This document shows positions 10,320-19,879 of a stretch of DNA of 64,000 nt, in pieces; position 1 is the first letter of the stretch; each line of letters opens with the position of its first letter. Position numbers and translations under genes: made by a program. The notes below the pieces were generated by a model. That model searched no databases, was not told the DNA's origin, and saw only the letters and a list, made by a program, of their open reading frames with translations. The stretch spans positions 3,013 through 67,012 of the forward strand of contig DBPP01000024.1 of NCBI GenBank assembly GCA_002305575.1, written 5' to 3'. This DNA comes from Ruminococcaceae bacterium UBA1417 (GTDB taxonomy: Bacteria > Bacillota > Clostridia > Oscillospirales > Acutalibacteraceae).

Positions 10320-10802
10320 ATGGGAAAAAGCAATAAGATTCTCACAATACTGATAGTTGCGATTTCTGTCGTCTCGGTGCTTTTTGCAACTACCATCGGA
10401 ATTCATTATCTGCTCGGAAACCCGCTTGAGGTTGTGATTCCGGCAGACATGAACGCCTTTACCGTAGTAAACGGCGGCGATTTTTCAAACCGCGAGTTTG
10501 CCAGCTTAATAAGGGGAATGAAGCGGCAGAATCTGAATTATATGCAGGTTGCCGACTACTGCTACTGCGCGCGCGGCGAGCACACATACGATTACCTCAA
10601 CGAAATGATGTCCGAAAACGGCTACGAGTACATAGGCCGCAACAGCAGCGACAAGAACATGCGTTGCTTTTACAAGGCGGGAGTTAAAAGCATAAGATGG
10701 GTGCGCGTAGAGTACGACATACACGGCGTCTGGGCGACGTGGAATCTGGGCGACCTTGAAAAATACGATCTGGCAAAGGACGGGTACAAAACAATGGACT
10801 AA
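10320..10802 (+). CDS. Hypothetical membrane-anchored protein (160 aa)
   Basis: GAGGGG SD, N-terminal basic plus hydrophobic segment; no family recognised. Confidence 0.7.
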   Translation: MGKSNKILTILIVAISVVSVLFATTIGIHYLLGNPLEVVIPADMNAFTVVNGGDFSNREFASLIRGMKRQNLNYMQVADYCYCARGEHTYDYLNEMMSENGYEYIGRNSSDKNMRCFYKAGVKSIRWVRVEYDIHGVWATWNLGDLEKYDLAKDGYKTMD

Positions 10803-10841
10803 ATCCCGTTTTACATTGTATATATTTTGGAGGTGGCTGTA

Positions 10842-11684
10842 TTGGATGCAGCGGCAAAAAAGCAGCTAAAAATAACTGCATGTAAAGTAAGAATGGGCAT
10901 AATAGAAAGCGTATATAACGCCAAGTCCGGTCATCCGGGAGGCTCGCTATCGGCGGCCGATATCATAACCTATCTCTACTTCGCGAAGATGAATATCGAT
11001 CCGTCAAAGCCACAGTGGGAGGACCGTGACCGATTTGTCCTCTCAAAGGGTCATATCTCGCCCTGCCTTTACTCGGTGCTCGCACACAGGGGCTTTTTCC
11101 CGGTCGACGAGCTTAAGACCTTCCGCAAGGTCGAGTCAAGGCTTCAGGGTCATCCGAGCATGAGGTACACGCCGGGCGTCGACATGAGCTCGGGCTCGCT
11201 CGGTCAGGGCATTTCAACCGCCGTCGGTATGGCTCTCGGCGCGAAGCTCGGCGGCAAAAAACTTCGTGTTTATTCTGTTCTCGGCGACGGAGAAATACAG
11301 GAGGGTCAGGTCTGGGAGGCTGCCATGTACGCCGCCGCAAAGGGGCTTGACAATCTTGTCGCCGTTGTAGACAACAACAATCTTCAGATAGACGGCTCAA
11401 TAGCGGAGGTCAACTCGCCATATCCTATTCCCGAAAAGTTCAAGGCGTTCGGCTGGAACGTCATTGAAATCTGCGCCCACAGCTTCGACGAAATCGAGGC
11501 TGCCTTCAACGCCGCGGAGGAGTTCAAGGGAAAGCCGACGGCTATTATCGCTCAAAGCATAAAGGGCAAGGGCGTTTCCTTCATGGAAAATCAGTACTCG
11601 TGGCACGGCACGGCGCCGAACGCCGAGCAGTACGAGCAGGCAATGAGCGAGCTTAAAGCAGCTCTTGCGGAATTGGAGGGTTGA
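10842..11684 (+). CDS. Transketolase, N-terminal (TPP-binding) subunit
   Basis: SGHPGGSLS, DRFVLSKGH, LQGHP, SSGSLGQG, LGDGEIQEGQVWEA...DNN; TTG 10842 with GGAGGT SD. Confidence 0.95.
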   Translation: MDAAAKKQLKITACKVRMGIIESVYNAKSGHPGGSLSAADIITYLYFAKMNIDPSKPQWEDRDRFVLSKGHISPCLYSVLAHRGFFPVDELKTFRKVESRLQGHPSMRYTPGVDMSSGSLGQGISTAVGMALGAKLGGKKLRVYSVLGDGEIQEGQVWEAAMYAAAKGLDNLVAVVDNNNLQIDGSIAEVNSPYPIPEKFKAFGWNVIEICAHSFDEIEAAFNAAEEFKGKPTAIIAQSIKGKGVSFMENQYSWHGTAPNAEQYEQAMSELKAALAELEG

Positions 11685-11686
11685 TT

Positions 11687-12634
11687 ATGGCAGATACTAC
11701 TTTAAAGATAGCAACGCGCGACAGCTACGGCAAGGCACTTGTCGAGCTTGGCGCGAAAAACGATAAAATAGTCGTTCTCGACGCCGACCTTGCGGCGGCC
11801 ACTAAAACAGGGGCGTTCAAAAAGGCTTACCCCGACAGGTTTTTTGACACGGGCATAGCCGAGGCTAATATGATGTGCATAGCGGGCGGTCTTTCAACAA
11901 TGGGCTACACCGTTTTCGCAAGTACTTTCGCCATGTTCGCGGCAGGCAGGGCGTTCGAGCAGGTAAGAAACACAATAGGCTATCCGCATCTTAACGTAAA
12001 AATCGGCGCCACTCACGCGGGCATATCCGTCGGCGAGGACGGGGCGAGCCACCAGTGCTGCGAGGACATTGCGCTGATGAGAACTATCCCCGGCATGGTC
12101 GTCATTAATCCGGCCGACGATGTCGAGGCGAGAGCGGCGGTTTATGCCGCTGCCGGATACGAGGGCCCCGTTTATCTGCGCTTCGGCAGGCTTGCAACGC
12201 CCGTGCTGTTCGATGACGGCTACAGCTTTGAAATAGGCAAGGGCGTCATGCTCTGCGAGGGCACCGACGTTACTATAGTCGCGACAGGTCTTATGGTGGG
12301 CGAGGCGGTAGCCGCGCGCGAGCTGTTGGCGAACGATGGCATTTCCGCGGCCGTAGTCAACATGGCTACCATAAAGCCGCTTGACAGGGACATAATAGTG
12401 AGCGCCGCCGAAAAAACAGGAGCCATTGTCACCGCTGAGGAGCACAGCATAATAGGCGGTCTCGGAGCGACCGTAGCCGAAACAGTGTGCGAAACGAAGC
12501 CCGTTCCCGTTGTCCGCGTAGGAGTCGAGGATACCTTCGGGCGTTCCGGCCCCGCCGTCGAGCTTCTTCACCTGTTCGGGCTTGACGCCGCGAATATCGC
12601 GGAAAAAGCAAAGAAAGCCGTTTCGATGAAATAA
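11687..12634 (+). CDS. Transketolase, C-terminal subunit
   Basis: DADLAAAT, DTGIAEANM, THAGISVGEDGASHQ, GPVYLRFGR, EEHSIIGGLG. Confidence 0.95.
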   Translation: MADTTLKIATRDSYGKALVELGAKNDKIVVLDADLAAATKTGAFKKAYPDRFFDTGIAEANMMCIAGGLSTMGYTVFASTFAMFAAGRAFEQVRNTIGYPHLNVKIGATHAGISVGEDGASHQCCEDIALMRTIPGMVVINPADDVEARAAVYAAAGYEGPVYLRFGRLATPVLFDDGYSFEIGKGVMLCEGTDVTIVATGLMVGEAVAARELLANDGISAAVVNMATIKPLDRDIIVSAAEKTGAIVTAEEHSIIGGLGATVAETVCETKPVPVVRVGVEDTFGRSGPAVELLHLFGLDAANIAEKAKKAVSMK

Positions 12635-12686
12635 TCACAAAACGTACGGTAATTGTATGCCGTCGGCAATAATGAGGACAATAATT

Positions 12687-13820
12687 ATGAGCGACGAAAG
12701 AAAAGATATACGTTTCAAAAAGGCGTTTATAGGCGGCTTCAAACGTCAGAGCGTTGCGGGCTATATAGAGGAGCTTCAGAAGGAGCTTTTTGAAAGCCGC
12801 GCGGCGGAGGCAAAGGCCGTCAGGGACTTTGAGGAATACCGCGTCAGGGAAAGCGTAGAGAAGCAAAATGCGGCGCTCGACTCCAACGAGAATCAAAGGC
12901 TGCGTATGGAGCTTGAGGAGGCAAAAACAAAGCTTGCCGCGCTCGAGAACAGCGGCAGTCCCGCCGAAGCCGACGCGTCTGAAATTGAAGCAGAGCTTAT
13001 GCGTGAGCGCGGCATTTCCGAGTCGCTCCGTCTGAATGTCGCGGAGCTTAAAAAGCAGCTCAGCGAGGAGTATTCGGCAAACGAACTGCTTGCCGCCGGG
13101 TTAAACGAAAAAAACAGCGAAATAGCCGCGTTAAACGAAAGGCTGTCAGCCGTAGGGGATATCGGGAGCGACGCCATTGACGCCGAAGGAATAAAAGCGG
13201 AGGCGGCGGCGGAGCTTGAAAATGTCCGCGATGAAGCCGCTGTCCAAATAGAAAAGGCAAACGCCGAAGCCGCAGTTCTCAGAGCGGAGCTTGAAAATGT
13301 CCGCAATGAAGCCGCTGCCCAAACAGAAAAGGCAAACGCCGAAGCCGCGGTTCTCAGAGTAGAGCTTGAAAATGCCGAAAGGCAGTTAGAAGAAGCGCGC
13401 GAATCCGCAGAGGCTTTTTCCGCCGCGGTATCGGAACAGGAAAGCAATGAAGCTGCCGACACGGAAGAAATCGTAGTTGAGGACGCGGTCGGGCAGGCTG
13501 AGACTGTAACGGCGGAAGAATCGGAAGCTCCCGAAACTGCGCCCGCAGACGCGATACCTCAGGAAGCGCCGGCTGAAGAACAAAACGGGGCTGAGGAACA
13601 GGCAATTCCTCAGGAGGTAACCCCGGAAACGGCGCGCGAAAAAGAGGAGCAGGAGACAAGAGCGGTCGAAGCGGATAAGGCGGGCGAAAATACAGACCTT
13701 CCGGAAGAAGCCAAAAAGTCGCCGCCGGCAGCTCCCACCGTATATGACAGGGATAAAATCGCCGGTATAATAGCAAAATATACAAGTATCCGCAACAAGT
13801 CGGATAACAATCATCAATAA
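12687..13820 (+). CDS. DivIVA-like N-terminal motif plus coiled coil and acidic low-complexity region
   Basis: FKKAFIGGFKRQSVAGYIEEL resembles the DivIVA N-terminal motif; long E/A/K heptads; E/A/P-rich tail. Confidence 0.65.
   Translation: MSDERKDIRFKKAFIGGFKRQSVAGYIEELQKELFESRAAEAKAVRDFEEYRVRESVEKQNAALDSNENQRLRMELEEAKTKLAALENSGSPAEADASEIEAELMRERGISESLRLNVAELKKQLSEEYSANELLAAGLNEKNSEIAALNERLSAVGDIGSDAIDAEGIKAEAAAELENVRDEAAVQIEKANAEAAVLRAELENVRNEAAAQTEKANAEAAVLRVELENAERQLEEARESAEAFSAAVSEQESNEAADTEEIVVEDAVGQAETVTAEESEAPETAPADAIPQEAPAEEQNGAEEQAIPQEVTPETAREKEEQETRAVEADKAGENTDLPEEAKKSPPAAPTVYDRDKIAGIIAKYTSIRNKSDNNHQ
13212..13374 (+). repeat. In-frame 75-nt (25-aa) tandem repeat, about 2.2 copies
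   Basis: GAGCTTGAAAATG at 13212, 13287 and 13362; copies 1 and 2 differ at 6 of 75 nt; unit ELENVR(D/N)EAAxQxEKANAEAAVLR(A/V). Confidence 0.95.
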
Positions 13821-13830
13821 GGACGTTTAT

Positions 13831-14406
13831 ATGGCGGAATACAGCATCAACACGGCGGATATAAAAGATAAGGCAAAAGACTTAAGAGCCGGAGACAGAG
13901 TGTTGCTCTCCGGCTTTATCTTCACGGCGCGCGACGCGGCGCACAGGCGCATATGCTCGCTTATAGACGAGGGCGGCGAGCTGCCCTTTTGCCTTGACGG
14001 AGCGTGTATTTATTACGCGGGGCCAACTCCCGCTCCCCCCGGCGCAGTTATCGGAAGCTGCGGCCCCACAACCTCCGGGCGCATGGACAAATTTACTCCG
14101 AAACTTCTCAAACTGGGAATTGCCGCCATGATAGGCAAGGGTGAAAGAAGCCGCGAGGTAACGGACGCCATTGTGAAATATAAGGCGGTCTACCTTTGCG
14201 CCGTGGGCGGCGCGGGCGCGCTGGCGGCGGAGTGCGTAAAAAGCTGCGAGGAAATAGCCTTTCACGACCTCGGCTGCGAGAGCGTCAAGCGCCTGACGGT
14301 CTCGGATTTTCCTCTTATAGTCGCGATTGACTGCGAGGGCGGAAATCTGTTTGGGCGAGGCGCAAAGAACGACGCTGAAAACCCGGAAGCAGTCTCACAT
14401 ATATAA
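13831..14406 (+). CDS. Fe-S hydro-lyase (class I fumarase/tartrate dehydratase) beta subunit
   Basis: LSGFIFTARDAAH, IYYAGPTP, GSCGPTTSGRMD, MIGKG, AVGGAGAL, DFPLIVAID. Confidence 0.92.
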   Translation: MAEYSINTADIKDKAKDLRAGDRVLLSGFIFTARDAAHRRICSLIDEGGELPFCLDGACIYYAGPTPAPPGAVIGSCGPTTSGRMDKFTPKLLKLGIAAMIGKGERSREVTDAIVKYKAVYLCAVGGAGALAAECVKSCEEIAFHDLGCESVKRLTVSDFPLIVAIDCEGGNLFGRGAKNDAENPEAVSHI

Positions 14407-14425
14407 CGGAGAGCAGTAAAATGTT

Positions 14426-15475
14426 ATGGTAACATTAACGGCGTTTTTACAGCAGCTTTCTACTAACCCCGCGCTGCTCGTAACAACAGTTCTGACACTC
14501 GGCGTAATTCTCGTCAACGGCTGGACCGACGCGCCTAACGCCATTGCCACATGCGTTTCCACACGCTCGCTTGGCATAAGAACGGCAATACTGATGGCGG
14601 CGGGCTGCAACTTTCTCGGCGTGCTCGTTATGACCGCCGTCAACGCGCAGGTGGCGCAGACGATATACAACATGGCCGATTTCGGCGGAGATTCCCACAG
14701 GGCGCTTGTCGCCCTTTGCGCCGCGATGGTCGCCATAGTCCTCTGGGCGTCGGCGGCGTGGTATTTCGGCATCCCGACAAGCGAGAGCCACGCGCTGATA
14801 GCAGGAATATCGGGAGCGGCGATTGCCTTAAACGGCGGTTTCGGAGGAATAAACGGCGGCGAGTGGATTAAGGTAATTTACGGGCTTGTTCTTTCAACGC
14901 TGCTCGGCTTTTTTTCGGGGCTTATAACGGTAAGAATTGTCGAAACAATCTGCAAAAACATTCCGCGTCAGAAAACAATAGGCTTTTTCAAGGGCGGACA
15001 GATTTTCGGCGGCGGCGCAATGGCGTTTATGCACGGCGCGCAGGACGGGCAGAAGTTCATGGGCGTATTTCTTCTCGGCATGAGCCTTGCAAGCGGAAAC
15101 GCAAAGACCACGGAATTTTCAATACCGCTGTGGCTTATGGTGCTCTGCTCCTCCGTTATGGCGCTCGGCACGTCCATAGGCGGCTATAAAATAATCAAAT
15201 CTGTGGGCATGGACATGGTCAAGCTTGAAAAGTACGAGGGGTTTTCGGCCGACCTTGCGGGCGCGTTCTGCCTTTTGTTGTCCTCGCTTACCGGCCTGCC
15301 GGTCAGCACGACACACACAAAAACAACAGCCATTATGGGCGTCGGGGCAAACCGCAGGCTTACGAACGTAAACTGGGGAGTAGTAAAGGAAATGCTTTAC
15401 GCATGGGTGCTTACGTTCCCCGGCTGCGGAGTTATAGGATATTTTACGGCGTTCATATTTATGCGAATATTTTAA
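14426..15475 (+). CDS. Inorganic phosphate transporter, PiT family
   Basis: NGWTDAPNAIAT, GIPTSESHA, HGAQDGQK, PVSTTH; multiple TM helices. Confidence 0.93.
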   Translation: MVTLTAFLQQLSTNPALLVTTVLTLGVILVNGWTDAPNAIATCVSTRSLGIRTAILMAAGCNFLGVLVMTAVNAQVAQTIYNMADFGGDSHRALVALCAAMVAIVLWASAAWYFGIPTSESHALIAGISGAAIALNGGFGGINGGEWIKVIYGLVLSTLLGFFSGLITVRIVETICKNIPRQKTIGFFKGGQIFGGGAMAFMHGAQDGQKFMGVFLLGMSLASGNAKTTEFSIPLWLMVLCSSVMALGTSIGGYKIIKSVGMDMVKLEKYEGFSADLAGAFCLLLSSLTGLPVSTTHTKTTAIMGVGANRRLTNVNWGVVKEMLYAWVLTFPGCGVIGYFTAFIFMRIF

Positions 15476-15482
15476 ACGGGAA

Positions 15483-16124
15483 ATGGTGCCGATGCTAACG
15501 GGAAAAAAAGAAAAACAGGTAGACTATTTTGATTCGTTCATACAGCAGGCGCGGTACGCGTGCGATGCTGCCGAAATAATCGTTAAGCATTTCAATAGTT
15601 TCGACACGTTCGACATACCGAAAACGGTAGACATGCTTCACAGCGTCGAAACGGCGGGCGACGCCGTCAAAAAAAAGCTTACGGAGGCACTTGCAAGGGA
15701 ATTCCTGCCGCCCATAGAGCGCGAGGACATCCTGACATTAGCAAACGAGCTTGACGAGGTTACGGACAATGTCGAGGATATATTAAGGCATGTGTTTATG
15801 TACAACGTGTCGTCGATAAAGCCTGAGGCTCTGGAGTTTGTCGGCGTCGTTTTTGATATATGCCGCGCCATGTGCAACATGATTGAGGAGTTCAAAAACT
15901 TCAAAAAGTCCGAAAAGCTGCACGGGCTCATAGTCGAGGTAAACCGTCTTGAGGAAAAGGGCGACGAGCTGTATATGCGCGCCATACGAAAGCTTTATGT
16001 TTCGGCGTGCGACCCGCGCGAGCTGATTGTCTGGACGAGGATATACTCGATTATCGAAAACTGCTGCGACTGCTGCGAGCATGTCGCGGACGCCGTTGAA
16101 ATGGCGGCGATGAAAAACACCTGA
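15483..16124 (+). CDS. DUF47 / PhoU-like phosphate transport regulator
   Basis: ETAGDAVKK, FLPPIEREDI, LDEVTDNVE, EEKGDELY, CEHVADAVE; adjacent to PiT gene. Confidence 0.9.
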   Translation: MVPMLTGKKEKQVDYFDSFIQQARYACDAAEIIVKHFNSFDTFDIPKTVDMLHSVETAGDAVKKKLTEALAREFLPPIEREDILTLANELDEVTDNVEDILRHVFMYNVSSIKPEALEFVGVVFDICRAMCNMIEEFKNFKKSEKLHGLIVEVNRLEEKGDELYMRAIRKLYVSACDPRELIVWTRIYSIIENCCDCCEHVADAVEMAAMKNT

Positions 16125-16142
16125 CGGATTCCGGGTGCAGAC

Positions 16143-16295
16143 GCAGGGGCGCCCTTACATGCGTTCAATTATGCCAATTCAGTTCATTCTCCGCACGGCA
16201 TAAAAAAATACATTCGCAGGGAACGCATTTATACGTTCCGCTGAATAACGCTATGAGGCAGGATAAAATGGGGCGTCGAGGACGCCGGCCCCTAC
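16143..16295. repeat. Three REP-like tagged palindromes (GTAG/GCAG type)
   Basis: GCAG-GGGCGC..GCGTTC (16143-16166,+); GCAG-GGAACGCAT-TT-ATACGTTCC (16216-16239,+); GTAG-GGGCCGGCGTCCTCGACGCCC (16271-16295,-). Confidence 0.6.
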
Positions 16296-16370
16296 GAAAT
16301 ATCGGTTCATCGGCTTATACCACTCTGAAAAAATCACCCGGTCACACCATTTGAAAGGCACGGAATAAAA

Positions 16371-17696
16371 ATGGCTTTACCCGTTGTAGCAATAGTCGGA
16401 CGTCCCAATGTCGGCAAGTCGACGCTTTTCAACAAGCTTGTCGGCAGCAGGCTTTCAATAGTCGACGACACTCCGGGCGTTACAAGAGACAGAATATACG
16501 GCGAGTGCGAATGGCTCGGCAGAAAAATGCTGCTTGTCGATACGGGCGGCATCGAGCCGTTTTCAGAGGACGTTATCCTGTCGCAGATGCGCAGGCAGGC
16601 GCAGCTTGCCATCGACAGCGCCGACGTTATTATATTCGTAACCGACATCCGTACGGGCATAGTCGCCACAGACGAGGAAGTGGCGCAGATGCTTATTAAG
16701 TCCTCAAAGCCCATAGTGCTGTGCGTAAACAAGTGCGACAGCGTCGGCGAGCCGCCCGCGGAGCTTTACGAGTTTTATAATTTAGGTCTCGGCGACCCGT
16801 TCCCAATATCCTCCGTCCACGGTCATGGCACCGGCGACATGCTCGACGAGGTGCTTAAATTCCTGCCGGACGAGCAGGAGGAGCAGGAGGAGGACGATAC
16901 CGTAAAGGTCGCTGTTATCGGCAAGCCGAATGTGGGCAAGTCCTCTCTTATAAACGCCATTGCGGGCGAGGAGCGCGTCATAGTATCCGATATCGCGGGC
17001 ACAACGCGCGATGCTACCGACACGCTTATAGAAAACTCCCACGGTAAATTTGTATTTATCGACACGGCGGGGCTTCGCAGAAAAAGCAGGGTTGACGACG
17101 CCATTGAAAAATATTCTGTCATCCGCGCGAGAATGGCTGTCGAGAGGGCGCATGTGTGCGTCATAATGATTGACGCCGTCGAGGGCTTTACGGAGCAGGA
17201 CTCAAAGGTCGCGGGCATAGCCCACGAGCAGGGCAAGGGTTGTATTATAGCCGTCAACAAGTGGGACGCCGTCGAAAAGGACGGCAAAACGATGGATTCA
17301 TACAGAAAAAAGCTGATGGACGATTTTTCGTTCATGTCCTACGCTCCGATTATATTTATATCGGCAAAAACAGGTCAGCGGCTCGACAGGCTTTTTGAGC
17401 TTATCAAGTACGTCAATGACCAGAACGCCGTAAGGATTTCCACGGGCAAGCTTAATGATATACTCGCCGAGGCTACGGCAAGGGTTCAGCCGCCGACGGA
17501 CAAGGGCAGGCGCTTAAAGATATATTACATTACGCAGGCAACCACCAGACCGCCTACGTTTGTATGCTTTGTAAACAGGAAGGACCTGTTCCATTACAGC
17601 TATCAAAGGTATATCGACAACCGTATCCGTGAGGTGTTCGGGCTTGAGGGCACGCCGACGCGGATGATAATAAGGGAACGGGAGCAGAAAAAATGA
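16371..17696 (+). CDS. der: Ribosome biogenesis GTPase Der (EngA)
   Basis: Two G domains GRPNVGKS and GKPNVGKS, TPGVTRD, DTGG/DTAG, NKCD/NKWD; C-terminal KH-like domain. Confidence 0.98.
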   Translation: MALPVVAIVGRPNVGKSTLFNKLVGSRLSIVDDTPGVTRDRIYGECEWLGRKMLLVDTGGIEPFSEDVILSQMRRQAQLAIDSADVIIFVTDIRTGIVATDEEVAQMLIKSSKPIVLCVNKCDSVGEPPAELYEFYNLGLGDPFPISSVHGHGTGDMLDEVLKFLPDEQEEQEEDDTVKVAVIGKPNVGKSSLINAIAGEERVIVSDIAGTTRDATDTLIENSHGKFVFIDTAGLRRKSRVDDAIEKYSVIRARMAVERAHVCVIMIDAVEGFTEQDSKVAGIAHEQGKGCIIAVNKWDAVEKDGKTMDSYRKKLMDDFSFMSYAPIIFISAKTGQRLDRLFELIKYVNDQNAVRISTGKLNDILAEATARVQPPTDKGRRLKIYYITQATTRPPTFVCFVNRKDLFHYSYQRYIDNRIREVFGLEGTPTRMIIREREQKK

Positions 17697-18211
17697 TAAT
17701 CTTAGGCATCGACCCCGGCTACGCCATTGTCGGCTACGGGGTGATAGATTATAACGCCTGCCGTTTCAGTGTTCTTGATTCCGGCGCGATAACCACGAGG
17801 TCAGACGCGCCCTTCAACGAGCGGCTTGAGATTATCTACGACGGCATTGCCGATATAATAAGCCGCTTTCCGCCTGAAGCTATGGCTGTCGAAAAGCTTT
17901 TTTACCACACAAACGCAAAAACAGTAATAGACGTCAGTCAGGCGCGCGGCGCCATAATTCTCGCCGCCCAGAAAAACGGAGTCAGGGTTTTTGAGTACAC
18001 GCCCTTGCAGGTTAAGCAAAGCGTCGTCGGCTACGGCAGGGCCGATAAAAAGCAGGTTCAGGAGATGACAAGGGTAATTCTCGGGCTTAACGAGGTGCCG
18101 AAGCCCGACGACACTGCCGACGCCCTTGCAATGGCTATTTGCCACGCCCATTCAAGCGGCTCGCTTATGAACGGCGGGTGCGGAAAACTTAAGGTAAGAA
18201 ACGGGATTTAA
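17693..18211 (+). CDS. ruvC: Holliday junction resolvase RuvC
   Basis: ILGIDPG, AVEKLF, EYTPLQVKQSVVGYGRADKKQV, DDTADALAMAICH. Confidence 0.97.
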   Translation: MIILGIDPGYAIVGYGVIDYNACRFSVLDSGAITTRSDAPFNERLEIIYDGIADIISRFPPEAMAVEKLFYHTNAKTVIDVSQARGAIILAAQKNGVRVFEYTPLQVKQSVVGYGRADKKQVQEMTRVILGLNEVPKPDDTADALAMAICHAHSSGSLMNGGCGKLKVRNGI

Positions 18212-18214
18212 GCT

Positions 18215-18817
18215 ATGTTTTACAGTCTTACGGGTAAAATAGTACATACCGATGAAAACGGCGTCGCTATTGACTGCGGCGGCGTCGCGTTCTACTGCTT
18301 TGCGTCTGTGAATACGCTTAAAAGAGTAGGGGGCGCGGGCGACGCCGCCACGCTGTACACATATCTGTATGTCCGCGAGGACGCCATGGATTTATACGGC
18401 TTTCACGACAGGCACGAGCTCGAGTGCTTCAAGCTGCTTATAGGCGTTACGGGAGTCGGTCCGAAGGCGGCTCTTTCCATACTGTCGCAGTTCGAGCCTG
18501 ATAAGCTCGCGCTGTGCATAGCCTCCGGCGACGCGAAAAGCATTACAAGGGCGCAGGGGATAGGCCCGAAGATTGCGCAAAGGCTTGTGCTCGAGCTAAA
18601 GGGCAAGCTGGCGGCAGGCTTTTCCGGCACAGCGTCCGAAGATATCGGCGCGGCGGGAATTGCGTCCGCATCCGGCAACAGCGAGGAGGCTGTAAGCGCG
18701 CTCGAAATGCTCGGCTACAGCCGCTCCGAGGCTTCCGTCGCAGTAGGCAGGCTTGACGGCTCGTTGCCGGCGGAGGAGCTTATAAAGCAGGCTCTGAAAA
18801 CTCTTGCGAGGTTTTAA
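18215..18817 (+). CDS. ruvA: Holliday junction branch migration protein RuvA
   Basis: LYTYLYVRED, LYGF, VTGVGPKAAL, AQGIGPKIAQRLVLELK, ALEMLGY. Confidence 0.97.
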   Translation: MFYSLTGKIVHTDENGVAIDCGGVAFYCFASVNTLKRVGGAGDAATLYTYLYVREDAMDLYGFHDRHELECFKLLIGVTGVGPKAALSILSQFEPDKLALCIASGDAKSITRAQGIGPKIAQRLVLELKGKLAAGFSGTASEDIGAAGIASASGNSEEAVSALEMLGYSRSEASVAVGRLDGSLPAEELIKQALKTLARF

Positions 18818-18844
18818 GGAACGCTCCGAAAGGATAAAGACGTT

Positions 18845-19870
18845 ATGGACATGGATTTCGAAAACAGGATAGTCGCGCCGGAATACTCGCCGGAAGATTC
18901 GGAAACGGAGCTGTCATTACGCCCGAAACGTCTTTCCGACTATATAGGGCAGGACAAGGTCAAGGAAAACATGAGCGTATACATAGAGGCGGCGCGCCGC
19001 AGGGGCGAGGGCCTCGACCATGTTTTGCTTTACGGACCGCCCGGTCTCGGAAAAACGACGCTGGCAGGTATAATCGCCAACGAAATGGGAGTAAATATAA
19101 GAGTGACGTCAGGCCCCGCCATTGAAAAGCAGGGCGACCTTGCGGCGCTTTTAACAAACCTCAGCGAGGGCGACGTGCTTTTCATCGACGAGGTTCACAG
19201 GCTGAACAGAAGCGTCGAGGAGATACTTTACCCCGCCATGGAGGATAACGCGCTTGACATTATCATAGGCAAGGGTCCTTCGGCGCGCTCGATAAGGCTT
19301 GAGCTGCCGCGGTTCACGCTCGTGGGGGCAACGACGAGGGCAGGTCAGCTTTCCGCGCCGCTGCGCGACCGCTTCGGCGTCATATGCAGGCTCGAACTGT
19401 ACACTCCGGAGGAGCTTGCGCAGATAGTAAAGCGCAGCGCGGGGATACTCGGCATAGAAATCGACGACAGCGGGGCTATGGAAATAGCTGCACGTTCAAG
19501 AGGAACGCCGAGAATAGCCAACCGTCTGCTAAAGCGCGCGCGCGACTTCGCGCAGATTATAGGCGACGGTGTGATAGACATAAAAAACGCCAAACAGGCG
19601 CTTGACAGGATGGAGATTGACGCTCTGGGGCTTGACTCTGTTGACAGGCTTCTGCTGACAGCTATGATTCAGAACTATAACGGCGGCCCCGTGGGGCTTG
19701 AAACAATAGCGGCGGCGATAGGCGAGGAATCGGTAACTATCGAGGACGTTTACGAGCCTTATCTTATGCAGATAGGCTTTTTGAGCAGAACACCGCGGGG
19801 CAGAATGGTTACCCCGGCGGGATACAGGCATCTCGGCATACCAATGCCGGGGCAGCAAAAACTGTTTTAG
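18845..19870 (+). CDS. ruvB: Holliday junction helicase RuvB
   Basis: [48 protein letters not shown]. Confidence 0.98.
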   Translation: MDMDFENRIVAPEYSPEDSETELSLRPKRLSDYIGQDKVKENMSVYIEAARRRGEGLDHVLLYGPPGLGKTTLAGIIANEMGVNIRVTSGPAIEKQGDLAALLTNLSEGDVLFIDEVHRLNRSVEEILYPAMEDNALDIIIGKGPSARSIRLELPRFTLVGATTRAGQLSAPLRDRFGVICRLELYTPEELAQIVKRSAGILGIEIDDSGAMEIAARSRGTPRIANRLLKRARDFAQIIGDGVIDIKNAKQALDRMEIDALGLDSVDRLLLTAMIQNYNGGPVGLETIAAAIGEESVTIEDVYEPYLMQIGFLSRTPRGRMVTPAGYRHLGIPMPGQQKLF

Positions 19871-19879
19871 GAGGCAGCA

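Noticed and set aside
8710-13374. CRISPR array at the two repeat tracts
   Set aside because: Both are in-frame coding repeats without unique spacers; no cas genes.
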